Below are positions 62,625-64,000 of a stretch of DNA of 64,000 bases, piece by piece. The notes beneath the pieces were generated by a model. It worked only from the letters and a program-made list of their open reading frames with translations, did not search any database and had not been told where the DNA came from. The stretch comes from Alphaproteobacteria bacterium (GTDB lineage Bacteria > Pseudomonadota > Alphaproteobacteria > Bin95): contig CAXXWS020000002.1 of the NCBI GenBank assembly GCA_963665325.3, positions 1,120,001 through 1,184,000 on the forward strand. The letters run 5' to 3'. The stretch's first letter is position 1; each line of letters opens with the position of its first letter. A program made the translations under genes and the position numbers.

Positions 62625-63316
62625 TCGAGCCGCCGACGCTCGGCGTCGGCGGCGGCGATGACGGCTGGCGGCGCCTGCTTGTGCTTGCGGGAGAGCCGCG
62701 AAAGCGCAATGCAGGCTTCCTCCTGCTTGTCGAGTGCTGCGAGCGCCCGGCCGAGCTTCAGCAGGTTGTCGGGGGCCTTGGGACCTTTGGGGTCCTTTTC
62801 GTAAGCGAGCAGGAAGTGCTGTGCAGCGGCGCCGTGCTTTCCCTGCCCCGCAAGGCTGGCCGCCAGCCAGTGCCGGGCGTTGTTGGCCAGATCGTGCCCG
62901 GCAAAGTCTTCCAGGAAAGTCGTAAAGACCCCCTCAGCTTCCGGCAGGCGCGCCTGGAGCAGCAGGTTCCGTCCCTGCTTGTACAGTTCCAGCGCGTTGC
63001 CTCCCGGCAGTCCGGCCGGTGCTGCCACCCCGGTTTCGGCCGTCGAGGCGACCGGAGGAGCGGCGCCTTCGACATCTGCCGTCGGAGGTTCGGGGCGTTC
63101 GGCCGGCTGCTGCGTCGCCGCGCGTTCAAGCGTTTCCACGCGCAGCTCCATACCGTCGAGTCGGCGCTGAAGCCGCTCGACGGTGTTGTTGAGTGCGCGC
63201 AGGTCGCGTTCATAAGCCGAGAGCCGATTCAGAATCGGCAGCAGCGCCTGATCGGCCATCTGCGCCGCTGCCACGGAGGGCAGGGCGAAGAGCAGCAGAA
63301 ACGACAGGACGCGCAT
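62618..63316 (-). CDS. cpoB: Tol-Pal system protein CpoB/YbgF
   Basis: Signal peptide, coiled coil, TPR region with KAPDNLLKLG and EAC; located after pal. Confidence 0.88.
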   Translation of the reverse strand: MRVLSFLLLFALPSVAAAQMADQALLPILNRLSAYERDLRALNNTVERLQRRLDGMELRVETLERAATQQPAERPEPPTADVEGAAPPVASTAETGVAAPAGLPGGNALELYKQGRNLLLQARLPEAEGVFTTFLEDFAGHDLANNARHWLAASLAGQGKHGAAAQHFLLAYEKDPKGPKAPDNLLKLGRALAALDKQEEACIALSRLSRKHKQAPPAVIAAADAERRRLDC

Positions 63317-63322
63317 GGCCGG

Positions 63323-63847
63323 TCAGTCGAGGATCATCACCGAACGGCGGTTCTTGGCCCAGGCCTGCTCATTCGATTCGACTGCTTCAGGCCGTTCCTT
63401 GCCGTAGCTGACGATCCGCACCCGGTTGGCGTCGATGCCGGAGGCGAGCAGGTAGCTGCGCACCTCGGCGGCGCGCCGCTCGCCGAGCGCCAGGTTGTAT
63501 TCCCTCGTACCGCGTTCATCCGCGTGACCTTCGACGACCACCGACAGGCCGCCGTGCGCGGTAAGCCAATTCGCCCACGCTGCAACCTGGTCCTGCGCTT
63601 CGGCGTTGAGGTCGTGCTGGTCGTAGGAGAACTGCACCCGGTCGCCAATGACCTGTTGCAGTTCTTCTGTCGACCCCGGCGGAGGCGCCAGCGTCTGTGA
63701 GCCAACCCCCTGGTCCTGCTTGGCCGCTGCCTGGGCCCCCGTGGTTGCAGGCGGAGCGGCCGCCTTGCCGTCGTCCAACTCCGAGCCCGTCTCGCAGGCG
63801 GTGAGCAGCACCAGCGCCAGAGCCGGCGCCAGCAGTTTCATCGACAT
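63323..63847 (-). CDS. pal: Peptidoglycan-associated lipoprotein Pal
   Basis: Lipobox LTAC, EGHADERGTREYNLALGERRA, SYGKERP, NRR. Confidence 0.96.
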   Translation of the reverse strand: MSMKLLAPALALVLLTACETGSELDDGKAAAPPATTGAQAAAKQDQGVGSQTLAPPPGSTEELQQVIGDRVQFSYDQHDLNAEAQDQVAAWANWLTAHGGLSVVVEGHADERGTREYNLALGERRAAEVRSYLLASGIDANRVRIVSYGKERPEAVESNEQAWAKNRRSVMILD

Positions 63848-63932
63848 TCGAAATCTCCTTCTGTTTCGCGGTGAATGAGCCGGCCGCGAATCGGCGCCAT
63901 TGTGCGGCATTCGACCCTCGGCACAAGGGTAT

Positions 63933-64000
63933 TCACGGGGATATCGGCGACCAGGCCGGGTCGGAGGCGTCGGTGTCCGACTCGATCCGGCGCGGCGAGC
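63933..64000 (-). CDS. tolB: TolB C-terminus (partial)
   Basis: Minus-strand translation ...IESDTDASDPAWSPISP* directly upstream of pal. Confidence 0.8.
   Translation of the reverse strand, partial: SPRRIESDTDASDPAWSPISP

Overview
This is a GC-rich chromosomal segment with alphaproteobacterial (Rhodospirillales-like) gene order. Core clusters are tolB(3' end)-pal-cpoB-tilS-ftsH-folP-glmM, rpmH-rnpA-yidD-yidC-engB-argB, recA, and mutY-DUF721-dsbA with mmcB. It also has a cobalamin cluster (cbiB divergent from cbiX-cobH-cobL-cobI-cbiG/cobJ-cobM) and a PHA locus (phbB, a PhaC-like hydrolase, phaR) with an NYN/LOTUS RNase gene inside it. Other genes encode TRAP and peptide ABC transporters, a BacNav-type sodium channel and several catabolic enzymes. 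One complete IS1634-family element (29080-31149; 12-bp terminal inverted repeats, CTAG duplication) sits at the stop codon of an acetamidase gene. LexA-type boxes (recA, mmcB) and PhaR-type boxes are readable in the sequence. The least explained parts are a ~580-bp structured non-coding element with phased repeats (8680-9254), a DEDDh-CBS-DUF294 fusion, the NYN gene plus a tiny ORF in the PHA locus, and a DUF6152/DUF6644-like cassette. All calls come from motif recognition by eye; no database searches were run.
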